Assembly: GCA_965645245.1 (NCBI GenBank)
Contig: OZ287081.1
Location: 620,001 to 684,000 of the forward strand
Source: Massalongia carnosa
Taxonomy: Eukaryota
Reading direction: 5' to 3'
DNA length: 64,000 nt
The position numbers and the translations under genes were made by a program. Positions 10,222-21,889 of the stretch are shown here, piece by piece. Within the stretch, counting starts at the first letter, position 1, and every line of letters starts with the position of its first letter. The notes under the pieces are model-generated. The model was not told where the DNA came from. It did no database searches and saw nothing but the letters and a program-made list of their open reading frames with translations.

Positions 10222-12383
10222 GTTTGCATGTAGCCTTTTGTCCCAGCAGAGACTAAAGAAAAGGTTATTTCGTGGTTCGCGATAATTTCTCCAGCCATAT
10301 CGTTGTGGTTCGCTTAACTACCTTTCTGATGCGTTTGAAACACCAACATGTAAGTTGCTGTTTGTTTGCTATAACCTACTCCTGAATCAACGGGAATCAC
10401 TTCTTGGACCTGCCATTCTTATTGAGGCACAAAAACACCTCTCTGGCAGAAACTAGTGAGGGCTAGGGTTGAGACAACCAAAAATCGTTCATCGTTATCC
10501 TTTTACATTTAGTCAAGCGTTGAACAGAGTAGGTAAATGTCATGAAGCCCATCAGCATTTTGGTGAATGTTCGGGAGTTTTCTGCACGCCGCAACAGGCG
10601 GAGTGCGCTACAGAGAACGGAAGTGGACATTTGACTATCATACTCCGTACCGCCTTCAAAGCTCAAAGACATCCTTATAATACTTCGTACACTTTTCAGA
10701 TGATGGGATTCATCCCAACACCGCCACCGCGTTGAATTTTCGACGCAGTTGCTCTGTCAGTTGCACAGTCATATTGTCTTGATTTTAAGTTTTCTTGGTC
10801 CAGCTTTCTCGCGCCACGTGACCCGAGAAGAGTGTGATTCTTGTGGTCGAGGAGCTCTGGGAGCTCTGGAAGTAGTGGGTGATGGTATCCAAGGTTTGAT
10901 CAACAGGGTAGAAGGCCTTATTGACCAGGCGACTGGATTCGTGGGAGATGCAACCCCAGCAGAAGCACCTTTGAAAGAGACCCCGAATACTGCGCCGGCA
11001 CAAGAAAACCTTCTAGACTCTCCCTCCTCTTCAAATACCAAGAATGTCTTGACTGACGGCACCGGAGAGCTATCATCTCCTGCTCAATTCCAAGGGCAGG
11101 ATAATTACGGTGATGAAACTTTTGCTGTTAGTATTTATATTCCCGACAACTCAAGGATATGCACGCAGCGCTAACAGTTACGTCGCTTTTGATAGGGGGT
11201 TTCAATGCTATTCTCGACCCCTGCCACATTGCCACAGCTCAAATTATTTGGCCGCGCAACTGTGGGAATCTCGAGGAAACCGCAATGCTTATAGACGTCC
11301 TACATCGATTTTTTGGGCCAGAAAGTGTGAACACTTGCACAAACCTGTGTGGGATTATTTTTCTGGACTACGTCATTGACGCAACCACAAACTGATGAAC
11401 TACGGGCCATGGCAAGTGTCCCTGCTGTTGTTGTCGATGGGCCTATCCAACTCAACCGTTTCTCAGAAACCCTCAAGCAAGAGAAAAAAAAGTGAGCTCA
11501 AAGGTCTAGTGTCAAGGCAGACCGATTTGCGCGGAAGGAAGTTAGCTTTATTTCAGTACCTGATGATGTGCCCAACTTTTTCAGCACATATAGTTATTTC
11601 AAGAAAGCCGGCGCGGGCATAAAGATAATCATTATCGACAACGGCCTAGACCCAACCATTCAACTTTTCCGCCGCAAAAACCCTATCAAGCACTGGATCT
11701 ATGGCTTAGGGGCTATAAAAAGCCAGTCTAACGAGATAGACCACGGAACATGTATGCTAACAGCCTTTCTTCACGTGGCAAGGGCCTAGAAATAGCCATA
11801 GTGAAAATCTCAATAAATACGCAAAGTGCGATTTTATCTGGGTTTGTAAAAGTCATTGATTATCTCCGGGAACGAAAAACAAGGGGGGAGCAAGTAGAAG
11901 GTCGTACCGTTATCATGACTGCAGCGATATGGCAATTTTCTCTAGGCTATAGCGAGGGTAAAACCGAGGAATAGTTCACAACCTAGAACGAGACATTGAT
12001 GAATGAGCTTCAAGTAGTCGTTGCCGTCTGTACTGGCAATGTTGGCAACTTTATCGTCACCGAAGATCTAAAAGCGCTATGGAAAAGATGGCCTGCGGCT
12101 CTCGCTTCGTCTCATGTTATTATAGCGGTTGGATCGGTCTATCCAAATGACGGGCAAATAGATCCCATATTAGTAGGGCGTAATCGTACTACTAGCCCCC
12201 AGGCGCTGGGATCTACACAACTCCTAGAGGAAAGTCGCGGAAAGCGGTAGGTACAGCCTACGTCACAGCTGTTATGGCCGGAGTTTTGGGTACCGTTTTG
12301 TCCGCGCAAGACGAACCGGACGAGGATATTGGCCCTTCGTTGCTGCAAAACCCCAATTCGATCCCAAAGGCCGTGAAAAGCTA

Positions 12384-13714
12384 CACTACTAGGCCAAAAG
12401 TCTGCGGCCCCGCACCCCACCATCATTCTATTCAATCAACAATCAACCACGTCACAATTGCTGAAATGTCTTGAAACTTTACATAATGATTACATACATA
12501 CTAAACAAGAATTCCCCCAAAAATTGATTTTTAATATTTAGTATACCATCCTTCCGACGCTATACACGCTTTTATCCTCCTATTCATGCTCTCTATTAAC
12601 CTCCTCATCATTTTCACATCTATCAACGTCCAGGCTTCTTCTAACGCTTTCTAAAGTACCTCACGAACAGTTTCATCACTGCCGATCACCAAATCTATGT
12701 TCGGGTTGACTTGATAGACGAGCTTTTTGAGCACATACCAAACGTGCTCGATGGGTTTTAAATCAGGTGAATAGGGGGGCCAATCGATGACCTCTATGCC
12801 GTTCTCATTGAACCATTCCATCACCTTTTTAGCCTTATGTATAGGTGCGTTATCCTGCATGAAAATGAGGCCCGGTTGCCAAATTCCAAGCAGATTATCG
12901 CTCAATAATTCCTTCCATATATGAGTTCGCCGAGTACCCCATCTTCTTCGCAGCAAAATCACGAGCCAATTTGTAAAGATCTGACCTGTCATCTCCCCAA
13001 AAGCTGCCCAGACCATGACACTGACTCCTTTGCCTTTGGGGACAGGTTGTATCATCTCTTTATTCCATTTTTCTTTCGGCAATCTGAACACCCACTGACG
13101 CTGTTTTCCTGACCCCTTTTCCACCGAGCACTCATCTGACCATATAACTCTTGACCACTGCTCAAAAGTCCACTCACGCCGCAGCAAGCACCAATCCAAT
13201 CGTTTCTTGGCCACCTCAGGCGTCAATAAAGGTCGTTTTTTAGCCACCCAGTTGGTTAAACCATACAGTTTGAGTGCCCGATAAATAGTCGTACGACTGC
13301 AGCCGAGCCCCACTTCTAGTTTGGTTTGTGCATAAGTGATTCGTGGATTGATTCGTGCATGCTTGATGATATAACGTCGATCGCGTTCTGACAGCACTTC
13401 AGGCCGTCCAGAACGTGATTTAGACACGCCGTCGTTGCGAATTGAGTGCTTCTGAATGGTGCTCTGCACGGTCGATTTACTGAAATTAAGAGTCTTCCCA
13501 ATCTCGGTCGGTGTGTGCCCCAACGCCTGGGCCCCAACAATCATACCACGTTGATATGGCGTCAATTCAGTGTTACGAGGCCGATTACCACTTATGGGGG
13601 TCAAAGAAGCACGAAGCATGGTGAAATGATGAGGTGGAAGATGGGGGTTGATGAGTTGAAAACGCGAAATCACGAAAATTACGGGTTGGGCCGCAGACTT
13701 TTGGCACGGGAGTG
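12384..13714 (-). mobile_element. Tc1/mariner superfamily DNA transposon (DD34E), 1331 bp, TA target-site duplication
   Basis: Left end TA|cactactaggccaaaagtctgcggccc (12384-); right end reverse complement TA|cactcccgtgccaaaagtctgcggccc (-13714). TA at 12382-12383 and 13715-13716. Confidence 0.95.
12531..13619 (-). pseudogene. Tc1-like transposase, damaged
   Basis: HTH N-terminus. Catalytic WSDE, MQDNA and PIE, with 34 residues between the second D and E. A probable pair of compensating frameshifts follows VMVWAAF (the other frame reads DRSDLYKLARDFAAKKMGYSANSY). Premature TAG at 12653-12651, after which the frame continues KALEEAW...EGWYTKY* to 12531. Confidence 0.9.
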
Positions 13715-15937
13715 TACATGAAGCAGAAAGCTTATGTTCGACTAGCTAGCACCGACGATGCTGCCTGGAACGGACTTTTCCCTAGTGATCCTAGCCGGCG
13801 GCAACCGTATGTCTATGATCTATAGGGAATTGATCGACAGCGCGGGCGTATTGACAGCGAGTTTGTACACATATATATCCAGAGTGAGATATGGGGAACC
13901 TGAGAGTCGCTAAAGCTACCTCGAGGCACTAGGCGAATCCGTTTCAGTCGATGATGTGAGCTAGAGCGTATGCAATGGGAGTAAGGAGGGGAATTTACGC
14001 GAAGATGATGGCTCGTTGGGGTTTTTGATACACGTTGCATGCACATATACGTGGAAGGACAGGAGAGATGATTTACCCTTTGATGTACTGTGTATGTTTA
14101 ACTCGGTAAATACTACCCAAGACCGACTACCTTGTCTCTTCGTTACTCTCGTTGCTTTATTTCCTCGAATCTTTGCTGTCCACCCCATCATCATCGCCAA
14201 AAATCTCCCATTTCCTCAAACACTCGCTCCACCGGTCACTCGTTGGTATCCTCATTATCTCCTCATGACTTCTTATTAAATTCCCTCCATACTCCCTTTG
14301 TTGTTCATTCCCCCCGCTCAAACGATAATATGCGTACCCACCTACATAGAACCCCCATACCTCATCTTCTCGGTTTTTCCACTATTACCCATCCATCCAT
14401 CTCCTGCTCACCCACCTGGGAAGGCTATCGTGGTTAGCAAGGTTTGCTAGTCCAGGGGACACTCGCTCGTTCGGTGGAGAAGGACGAATCAATAGGAGGA
14501 GGCGGAGAGTGAGTAGTGTTGGGTAAGAGATGGAAGGGAGGAATGCAGTGGGCGGCAAATGGATTTTCCAGCTTTTTTCATGCGAAAATGAGGAATCATT
14601 CCTTGGTTTGGGACTCAGTACGTCAGGATTCAGGATTCGTGGCTCGTAACGCGGGCGTTGCTGGACGGATTGTGCGGTTTTCTGGTGGGTGGGTAGGTTA
14701 GTTAGGTATTTGAATTAGGGCTTCCACATGGGATTGGTTGCACTTGTTGAGATTTTTTCGTAAAGAGGGTCTTTTGAGGGTTGTGCTATCACAGTTAATG
14801 CAAAAGCCAGCTGAACGAGGGATGTTGCGTCGTGAGGGGTAATGTTTTTAGGTACATATTCGTTTTCCCAAATCATGTGCTAGATTAGATGTACATCGTA
14901 GACGGTTTGCAGATCACGAAAATGCACTGCGTCTGCTCATGACTTTTCTCTTGTTTGTGTGTTGCAGATCCCAACCGACGGACTCGGTCGTTCAATTTTG
15001 CTTCATTGACTTACAAAGCGAACGGAAGCAACTTGAAGAGAAGAGAGTGCGGACAAAGCTGAAGATTTTCTTGAGAGAGGAAATCGTTTGCTTAGATGAT
15101 TATTGTTGTCGTGAAGGAACTTGCTGGATCATTTTTCCAACACCATACAAGATACTTTACTCAATATTCTGTCAGTCTTTCACAGAATTTGTTGTGGTAG
15201 ATGGGTGACGTCGACCATTCATGCTACCCGATCACTCGAGTCGATCGCTCTAAAATTGAAAAGGTCCTGCTGCAGGCCTGCGGTAATCCCGCTGCGCAAC
15301 ACATTTTCGCTTTCCCCAACAAACTGTGCCCGCGAGGGCTTTTCGGCTTTCGATTCGATGCGGCTCGAATCGACGAGGCTCATCCTCCGTTTCCTACTCA
15401 TAACTACCACAGCTGATGGATGGATGGGTGGATGAATGACTTCAGCCACAGCTGTAACTATCCACAATTACAAAGTCAAGATGGCAAGATTAACTTCGTT
15501 GTCGCCATGCTGAGCCATCCGCTGTTGCGTGGAGACCGACGGAAACACACCGATCTAGTCCGAGTCCGGAACAGTTAGCCGTGATTTGTTCCCCACCATG
15601 TTTAGGAACTGGCAGTCTGATTGGTGGTGCTAATTCGCTAATACGCCGTTCCCCAAATGACCTTGCCCCTAAAAGCAGCCCCCACCCCCTCCTCCCCTAC
15701 CTCCACCTTGAAAGCTACACGGAGTACTTCTGCTTCTTCCGTCCTTTTCCCCCATCTCCCTTCCCTTTCTTTCACACATTCCATTCTCACCCACATTCGT
15801 TGACCCCAATTGCACGTGCAACTAAAAGGTCTTTTCTCATCGATCAAGTACTGTCTGTCACTCGTTTCAGCAATCATCAGTAAGAATCGTAAACGTATCT
15901 TCTCATCCAACTCACTTCCCACTCCCCAACATACACG

Positions 15938-16880
15938 ATGCATTTCGCAAAGTCTCTTGTCCTCGGTGCCTCATTCGTCGTCGCGGCTTTGGCGCAATCC
16001 AAGTTCGGATTCACAAAGGTGCCCAGCTCTGTCCAGGCTGGTGTGCCAACCGAGTTGGCATGGTCCGGTGGTGATAACTCGGTTAGTGGTGTCCATCCTC
16101 TTGAGAGATGGGATTGAGACTAATGCTTTCGCATGGCAGCTGGTGACCATCACATTGCAAAAAGGCGATCCCAAAAACTTGCAGACCGTCGAAATCATCA
16201 CTGGCCAAGCATCGGGCAACTCGTTCACCTGGACACCATCAAAGTCACTTGCCGATGGCCAAGATTATGCGCTGAAGATCTCGCAAGGTTTATCCAGTGT
16301 GAACTACTCTGGACAGTTTGCTCTTTCTGGTGGTTCCGGCACTTTACAGTCTGCCTCGGTGACCAAATCCGCTTCAGTGTCTGCGTCCTCGTCGGTGTCT
16401 TCGTCGGTGTCTGCTTCCGAGTCTGCCTCGAAGTCTGAGTCTGTTTCAAAATCCGCGTCCGCCTCCAAGTCCGAGTCTGCTTCAAAATCCGCGTCGGCTT
16501 CTATCACTTCAGTCGCGACCGTCGTCTCCGTTACCGCATCGCTCAAGCTCAACAGCACCGTCATCGAAACCACTGCCATTCCGCTCAACGTCACCACTGC
16601 CATTCTGCTTGGCCACCATGGCACCGCCGGCTCGTCAGGCATCCCTACCAGCCACAATGGGACACTCACCAGGGCCACCCTGACTAAGACCACCTCTGTG
16701 TCCGCCTCTAGCTCGGCTTCGGGAAGTGCGAGTGCGAGTGGGAGCGCGAGTGCCACCTCGTCGACCAGCGGCAAATCCACCAGCGGCAAACCCACTAGCG
16801 CTCCAAACAGCGCCTCGAACCTCGCCAGCCCACTGGCATTAGTCCTCAGCGCCGTTGTGGCCATTATCTACCTTGGATAA
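15938..16880 (+). CDS. GPI-anchored Ser/Thr-rich cell-surface protein (Kre9/Knh1-like N-terminal Ig-like domain), copy 1
   Basis: Exon 1 15938-16081 (MHFAKSLVLGASFVVAALAQ signal peptide), intron 16082-16139, exon 2 with SGNSFTWTP..GQDYALKI..NYSGQF, a Ser-rich stalk and a hydrophobic GPI tail. Confidence 0.88.
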
Positions 16881-18190
16881 AGCTGCTACTTTGCGTCCAT
16901 GTCGACAAGAAATACGACGAGAGTGGGGGGAAAAGGAGACCTCGGCTCATTTTTGTGTATGTTCCCTCAGTTTTACGTTGGGGGGGGGGGGGGTTTCGGG
17001 AGTGGGCAGGATTGGAGGTGACCATGTCGCATCAGAGATTTCAACGCGGTGAACACGAGATCCCACACACCATACGCGATTAATCCCCGGGCTTTTCTTT
17101 CCTTTCGTGTATTTATCTACCTTGAATCATTTCCTTCTGACGTCCGTTGCTCACGCTATCATATCCCTCGACAGTGTTTTCTTGACGCAGCTTACAGGTC
17201 TCTGTACGGAATTGATAGTCTCCGTAGATATAATCGTAATCGTAATCATGCTGATGGAGGTTTCCCCACGAGGTAATGCCATCGTTCGATGGCGCGATCT
17301 GTACAGAATACGTTTGATGACAGCATGACTTGGATGCGTGAACGATGTCGATTAACCGCATCACGAACTAAAGCTTCTGCCAATCACCAAACCGACGGAC
17401 CACCGACCGTTTCCATCTCCCACCCAAATCCGATTTCACGATGCTCGACATGTTCTCCTCGACGCTGTCGATGAGTTTCCGCGCGGGCAGCCTTTCGACC
17501 AAAAGGCAATAGCCAAGCAGAGCACTAACTCACTAATTGCCAATATCTTTGGACTTTTCGTTTCGCCATCATTTCTTTTCTCGATAATTAAACGCCATCC
17601 AATCCCTTAATCTCCCGATCCCACGCAACCAATCAACCACACGCACCAGCCTCTTCTCCCAAATAAGGTCTCGAGCACCTGACCAGCCTCAGCCACCCGA
17701 GCCGCAGGTTTTGGTCCCAGCGCTTCCATACCCCGGCTTGTTCCCTACCTGGATCTGACAGTCGTGCACGCTCATTGGCTGCATTCAAGGATATATGCAT
17801 GTACCCCAATTTCAAGAGATCCTTGGCAGGATGCTGATCCTGGTATTTGGTGAAAATGCTCCGAAGATAGAGATGATTCATCTTGAGGAGGCTCCGAAGC
17901 TTGTTTTATTTGTGGGGTTTCTGGCTGGGCTTCTCTTTCTGCTTCTCTCTCCCATCGTTCGTCCTTCGTCTTTCGTCTTTCGTTTTTCATACTTGCGCAT
18001 ACTGTCATTTTTGAAAACTCTCGCATCATCCCGGGGAAAAAGGGCTGTATATAAGTAACATTCAACTCACTCATTTGTTGTGTCCAATTTTTTGTGCTCC
18101 TGAGTCTTGTGTCTACTTCCTCGTGGCTACCTTGATACCTTGATCCTTCACCCTCGATAATTGAAGACGAACAAACCACCAAGAGACAAG

Positions 18191-19275
18191 ATGCAGCTCC
18201 CCCTCCTCCATCTCACGGCCTTGCTTCTTTCCGCTGTCTCGGCCCAGCAATCGAATGGCCCCAACGCTTTCAACAATCCCGTCGGATTCTCCCTTGTAGC
18301 GGGGAAGCCAACCACCCTAACGTGGATGCCTAGCACGCCGGGGACGGTGACATTGAAGCTGCGCTCGGGGGCGAATAGCGATTTGAATTCGGGAACTCTT
18401 ATCAAAGGTGGGTGAATTCTTTTGCATTTCAGATTTATTCAGCGGAGGCTGGAGTATTTGCTCCTTCCACTTCCCACCGTCCACGTTCGCTTCTTTGCTT
18501 CTTTTCAACTCCTGAACTCCCTCCTTATCCTCTTCTCAACTGAAACTAAGCTTATCCTCTTCACACATCAGCCAATATCCCCAATTCGGGCAGTTTCACC
18601 TTCACTCCAGATCCCAACACCGTCCGCAACTCCGACTACACCATCGAGATCATTTCCGATGACGACCCCTCCAAAGTGAACTATACCCCGCAGTTCGTCA
18701 TCGAATCCAAGAACACCGTCGTCTCTATCACGAGCTCCGCATCCGCTGCCTCTACTTCCTCCGCCTCCGCCTCCGCCTCCGCCTCTGCCTCTTCAGCATC
18801 TTCGTCCGAATCGGCGTCTTCTTCCTCTGCTTCCTCTGCCTCTGCTTCCTCTACTTCCTCCGTTTCTTCCGACTCTTCATCTGCATCCTCATCATCAGCA
18901 ACCTCTGCCTCTTCTACCTCCTCCACCTCTTCCGCTTCATCTTCATCCACCTCTTCCGCTTCATCTTCATCTGCCTCATCCGTCTCCTCCGCAACATCCA
19001 CACCTGCCTCCTCCGCTACATCCGCATCCTCAGCAACATCTGCCGCTACCGCCTCTTCCATCTCTACCAACAGCGCCAGCAAAACCGCCTCCGCCTCCGC
19101 GAGCAAATCATCTGCCTCAGCCCACAAATCCGGCACGTCCGCCACCGCGAGCGGTACCTCGGTTCCCGCCTCCGCACCGCCTGGGAACGCGGCTGGGACG
19201 ACGTTTGGTGCTGCGCGGGGGGGCTACATGGTTGTCGTGGCTGCTTTACTGGCGATGGCGGTGGCGGGTTTGTGA
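18191..19275 (+). CDS. GPI-anchored Ser/Thr-rich cell-surface protein (Kre9/Knh1-like N-terminal domain), copy 2
   Basis: Exon 1 18191-18407 (signal peptide MQLPLLHLTALLLSAVSA), intron 18408-18571, exon 2 with IPNSGSFTFTP..DYTIEI..NYTPQF, a Ser/Ala stalk and a hydrophobic C-terminus. Confidence 0.88.
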
Positions 19276-19654
19276 GCATGGGGAGAGGCTTGAAGTGTAT
19301 GTCATTTTCTTCTCTTTTAAAACAAAAAAATGGAGGGGGGAGGTGAGTTGGATTGGGTTGGATAACACCTCTATATACAAACATGGGAAGGGGAGGGTTC
19401 TTTTTTTCGCGTAGAACATCAGGGGGCACAAGCGCCATCCGAGGTATGGGGAAAGATTTGCGAAATAGATAAACATATTATCTTCAGGGCGGACGTGTGT
19501 TTGGTTTGGCTTTGGATTGATTGGAGCGGAGTGGAGTGGAGTAAATATCTAGTTACATGTTATATACAATATGTACATATCAACAACGCATCTACCCATC
19601 TACACATTCACATGTACCTCTCTGGGTATTTCCTGGCACATTTTGTCAGCAATT

Positions 19655-19725
19655 GAGTGAGAGAGTGAGTGAGTGAGTCCTCGATAGGGTGAGTGAGTGA
19701 GTCCTCGATAGGGTGAGTGAGTGAG
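19655..19725. repeat. GAGT microsatellite containing a 24-bp tandem duplication (tgagtgagtgagtcctcgataggg x2)
   Basis: Read directly from the sequence. Confidence 0.85.
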
Positions 19726-21889
19726 AATCAACTAATAAACTAGCGGGCGGGGAGATTGGGGTTTTGGGTGTAGATGGCTCGAGCTAAGGGGGTAGGGAGG
19801 AGAGGAGACGGAAACCTGGGGATTTTAGGTTTAGTTAAAGGGGGGAGGAAAGGGGAAGAAGTATGGAAAGGGAGAGAAAAATGAGTGAGGCGACTGAGGA
19901 AGATATTTTGAAGGTACGAATTGTTGTTTGGAAGATTTTGTTCATGAGGGAGAAGAGGAGGTGGATGGATTGAGTGTTTTGAAGGGAAAAAGAAGATAGG
20001 GAAAGAAAGAGAGGAGATGAAAGTTCGTGTCCTTTCCCTCACCGATTTCATTTCGGTTTTCCTCTTCCCTTTCCCTTTCAAGTCTTTGTTCTTCTCTGGG
20101 ATTTCTGGATGGCGAATAAACGGAATTTCGAGTGTTTCATGAACGAAAACCGCGAATGAAACCTAGAATTTATGTCAAAACAATAGGTTTCGTCACGCGA
20201 GAAGTTTGTTGAAAGATGTGAGATGATGAGAATGGAGAAGAAATGTAAACTTCTCCAAATGGCCAGTGTTTGGTTTTCAGCGCTGTTTTCTCTTTCTTGA
20301 AAGTAAAAGTCTAGAGAGGAAGAACATGACGGGTGTTTTTGCGGAGTAGGAGAGTATGAAAGAAAGAGTGCGTTTCTCGAGAAAGAGGGAGGATTATAAG
20401 GGAATGAAAGGTGCGGTGGGCGTTTGACGGTATTTTGTAGAATTTGACGTGTATTTTTTTTTTTCAACAAGAATGAGAAAGGGCATACTTGAAACCCGTC
20501 ACTACAGCGGTTGGAAATTTCGCAAAACATGTGTTCCCCATTCCCCTTCCCAAAAAAAAATTGGACGAAGAATCCTTATGTCAAGAATCTCGGTTGGTAG
20601 GATCTTGTAAAGATTGGAGATGGAGTGTTGAGATATTGAGTTTTAGCTTCTGTAGTTGTACAAGCTCCGAGAAAAACATAAGAGAAAGCCTTTTTTCCGT
20701 CATCTCTTTAGATATTTTAAGAGACCATGAAACTATATCCGTGTCCATCGCTCTCTTCCCCTAAATAGATGCCTCTTTCTACACCTTCCCAGTCCTTCTT
20801 TGCTTCATACTAGAGTTGGGCGTTTCGATCCTCTTGCGATCACGTAGGGTACAACTGTGTGATATCGACTTTCAGGTGGTTTACGTTTTAGTGGCCAAAG
20901 GCTAGTTCATGCACTGGCGATAAATGGGGTGCATCCTGACAATAAGGTACAGAGAGTCCCTCTTTTCAAACGAATCCTCTTCTCCTAATTGTATCCACAA
21001 TAAGGGTATATAGTTTTTTTCCTTATCGAGCTTCCTCATCTTCATGCCCCACACCTTCCAAACCCCTTTAGACTACAGACCTCATCCCTTTTTCACCCCT
21101 TGTACACTTGCTGCAGCTTTCTCAACGCCTAAATTGGGTGTATGTGCTGGTTGTGAGGGCGCGTCGGGGATCTGAACGTCGGAGAAGTCATCTTGGGAGA
21201 CAGCTTTGATGGTCCATGCGTCTGGTTTAGGATTAGTAGAAGGAAGTTGGGTTCGGATTGGTCATGAAAGGGTGGGTTAGAGGCATAGAAAGAGGAAAGA
21301 AGGTCATTCACAAATCCCAATCGTAAAGGCGAACAAAGCCGCGCCGGACACAATATTGCGGACCAGATAGGGCTGGCGGGCACGGATAAGAGCGGCAGTT
21401 TGCCGGTAATCTTTGTCGTAGTATGTGGATCGTGGGATTCTGAAAAGTAGTATTAGTATAATAGGTCCTTTAACACGGGCTAATTGTTTATGGGTGCATA
21501 CATTGGCATTTTGGAAAATAGTGGCTTTTGAGGGTTTTCAACGATTGACTCAAACTTGGGGTCTGGAGGCTCTGCGGATGAAGTTTCGTTCACTATCCAT
21601 ATACAGTTAGTACATATTCGTTTAAAGTTTCCCTGTTGTGAAGCTGTTTGTTCTGCATTTGACATCGCGCAACTTCCACTTATCTCTTGACTGGTTTCTT
21701 TGACAGCTACGTAGATTCAGTTTACTAAATATAAAGTCAGGCCCGTCAGACTTACTACTAGGCTGGCAGCATGTCAGGTCCGTGAAGTTTGTTCTACCAT
21801 CGGAGAGTAGCCATCTCCAATACCTATTCCAGACCTGAAGCTCTCTTCGCGACGCTCGATCCTTCGCTACCAACCCCAAACATCGAATC

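Larger units (their letters stand above)
10749..13825 (+). pseudogene. decayed secreted subtilisin-like (S8) protease, interrupted near its 3' end by the Tc1 element
   Basis: Signal-peptide-like N-terminus and S8 motifs in different frames: AGAGIKIIIIDNG (Asp), DHGTCM (His), TGN (oxyanion-like), GTAYVTAVMAG (Ser position reads Ala). Several frameshifts and stops. The frame resumes after the transposon (YMKQKAYVR...AAWNG, stop at 13823-13825). Confidence 0.75.

Noticed and set aside
15810..15937. N-terminal part of the 356-aa ORF
   Set aside because: The true start is the ATG at 15938 in another frame, joined by an intron; the ORF track reads through the intron.
18681..19145. Acidic 154-aa minus-strand ORF (and similar ORFs at 16304-16864 and 27463-28151)
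   Set aside because: Antisense artefacts of Ser/Ala- or Lys-rich low-complexity coding sequence.
19655..19725. Short direct repeats as a CRISPR-like array
   Set aside because: Eukaryotic microsatellite with a tandem duplication; no unique spacers. The ggacacccc repeats at 34777-34850 likewise belong to the MULE TIR.
20080..20900. AT-rich stretch as a possible transposon relic
   Set aside because: No TIRs, TSD or recognisable protein motif could be supported by eye.
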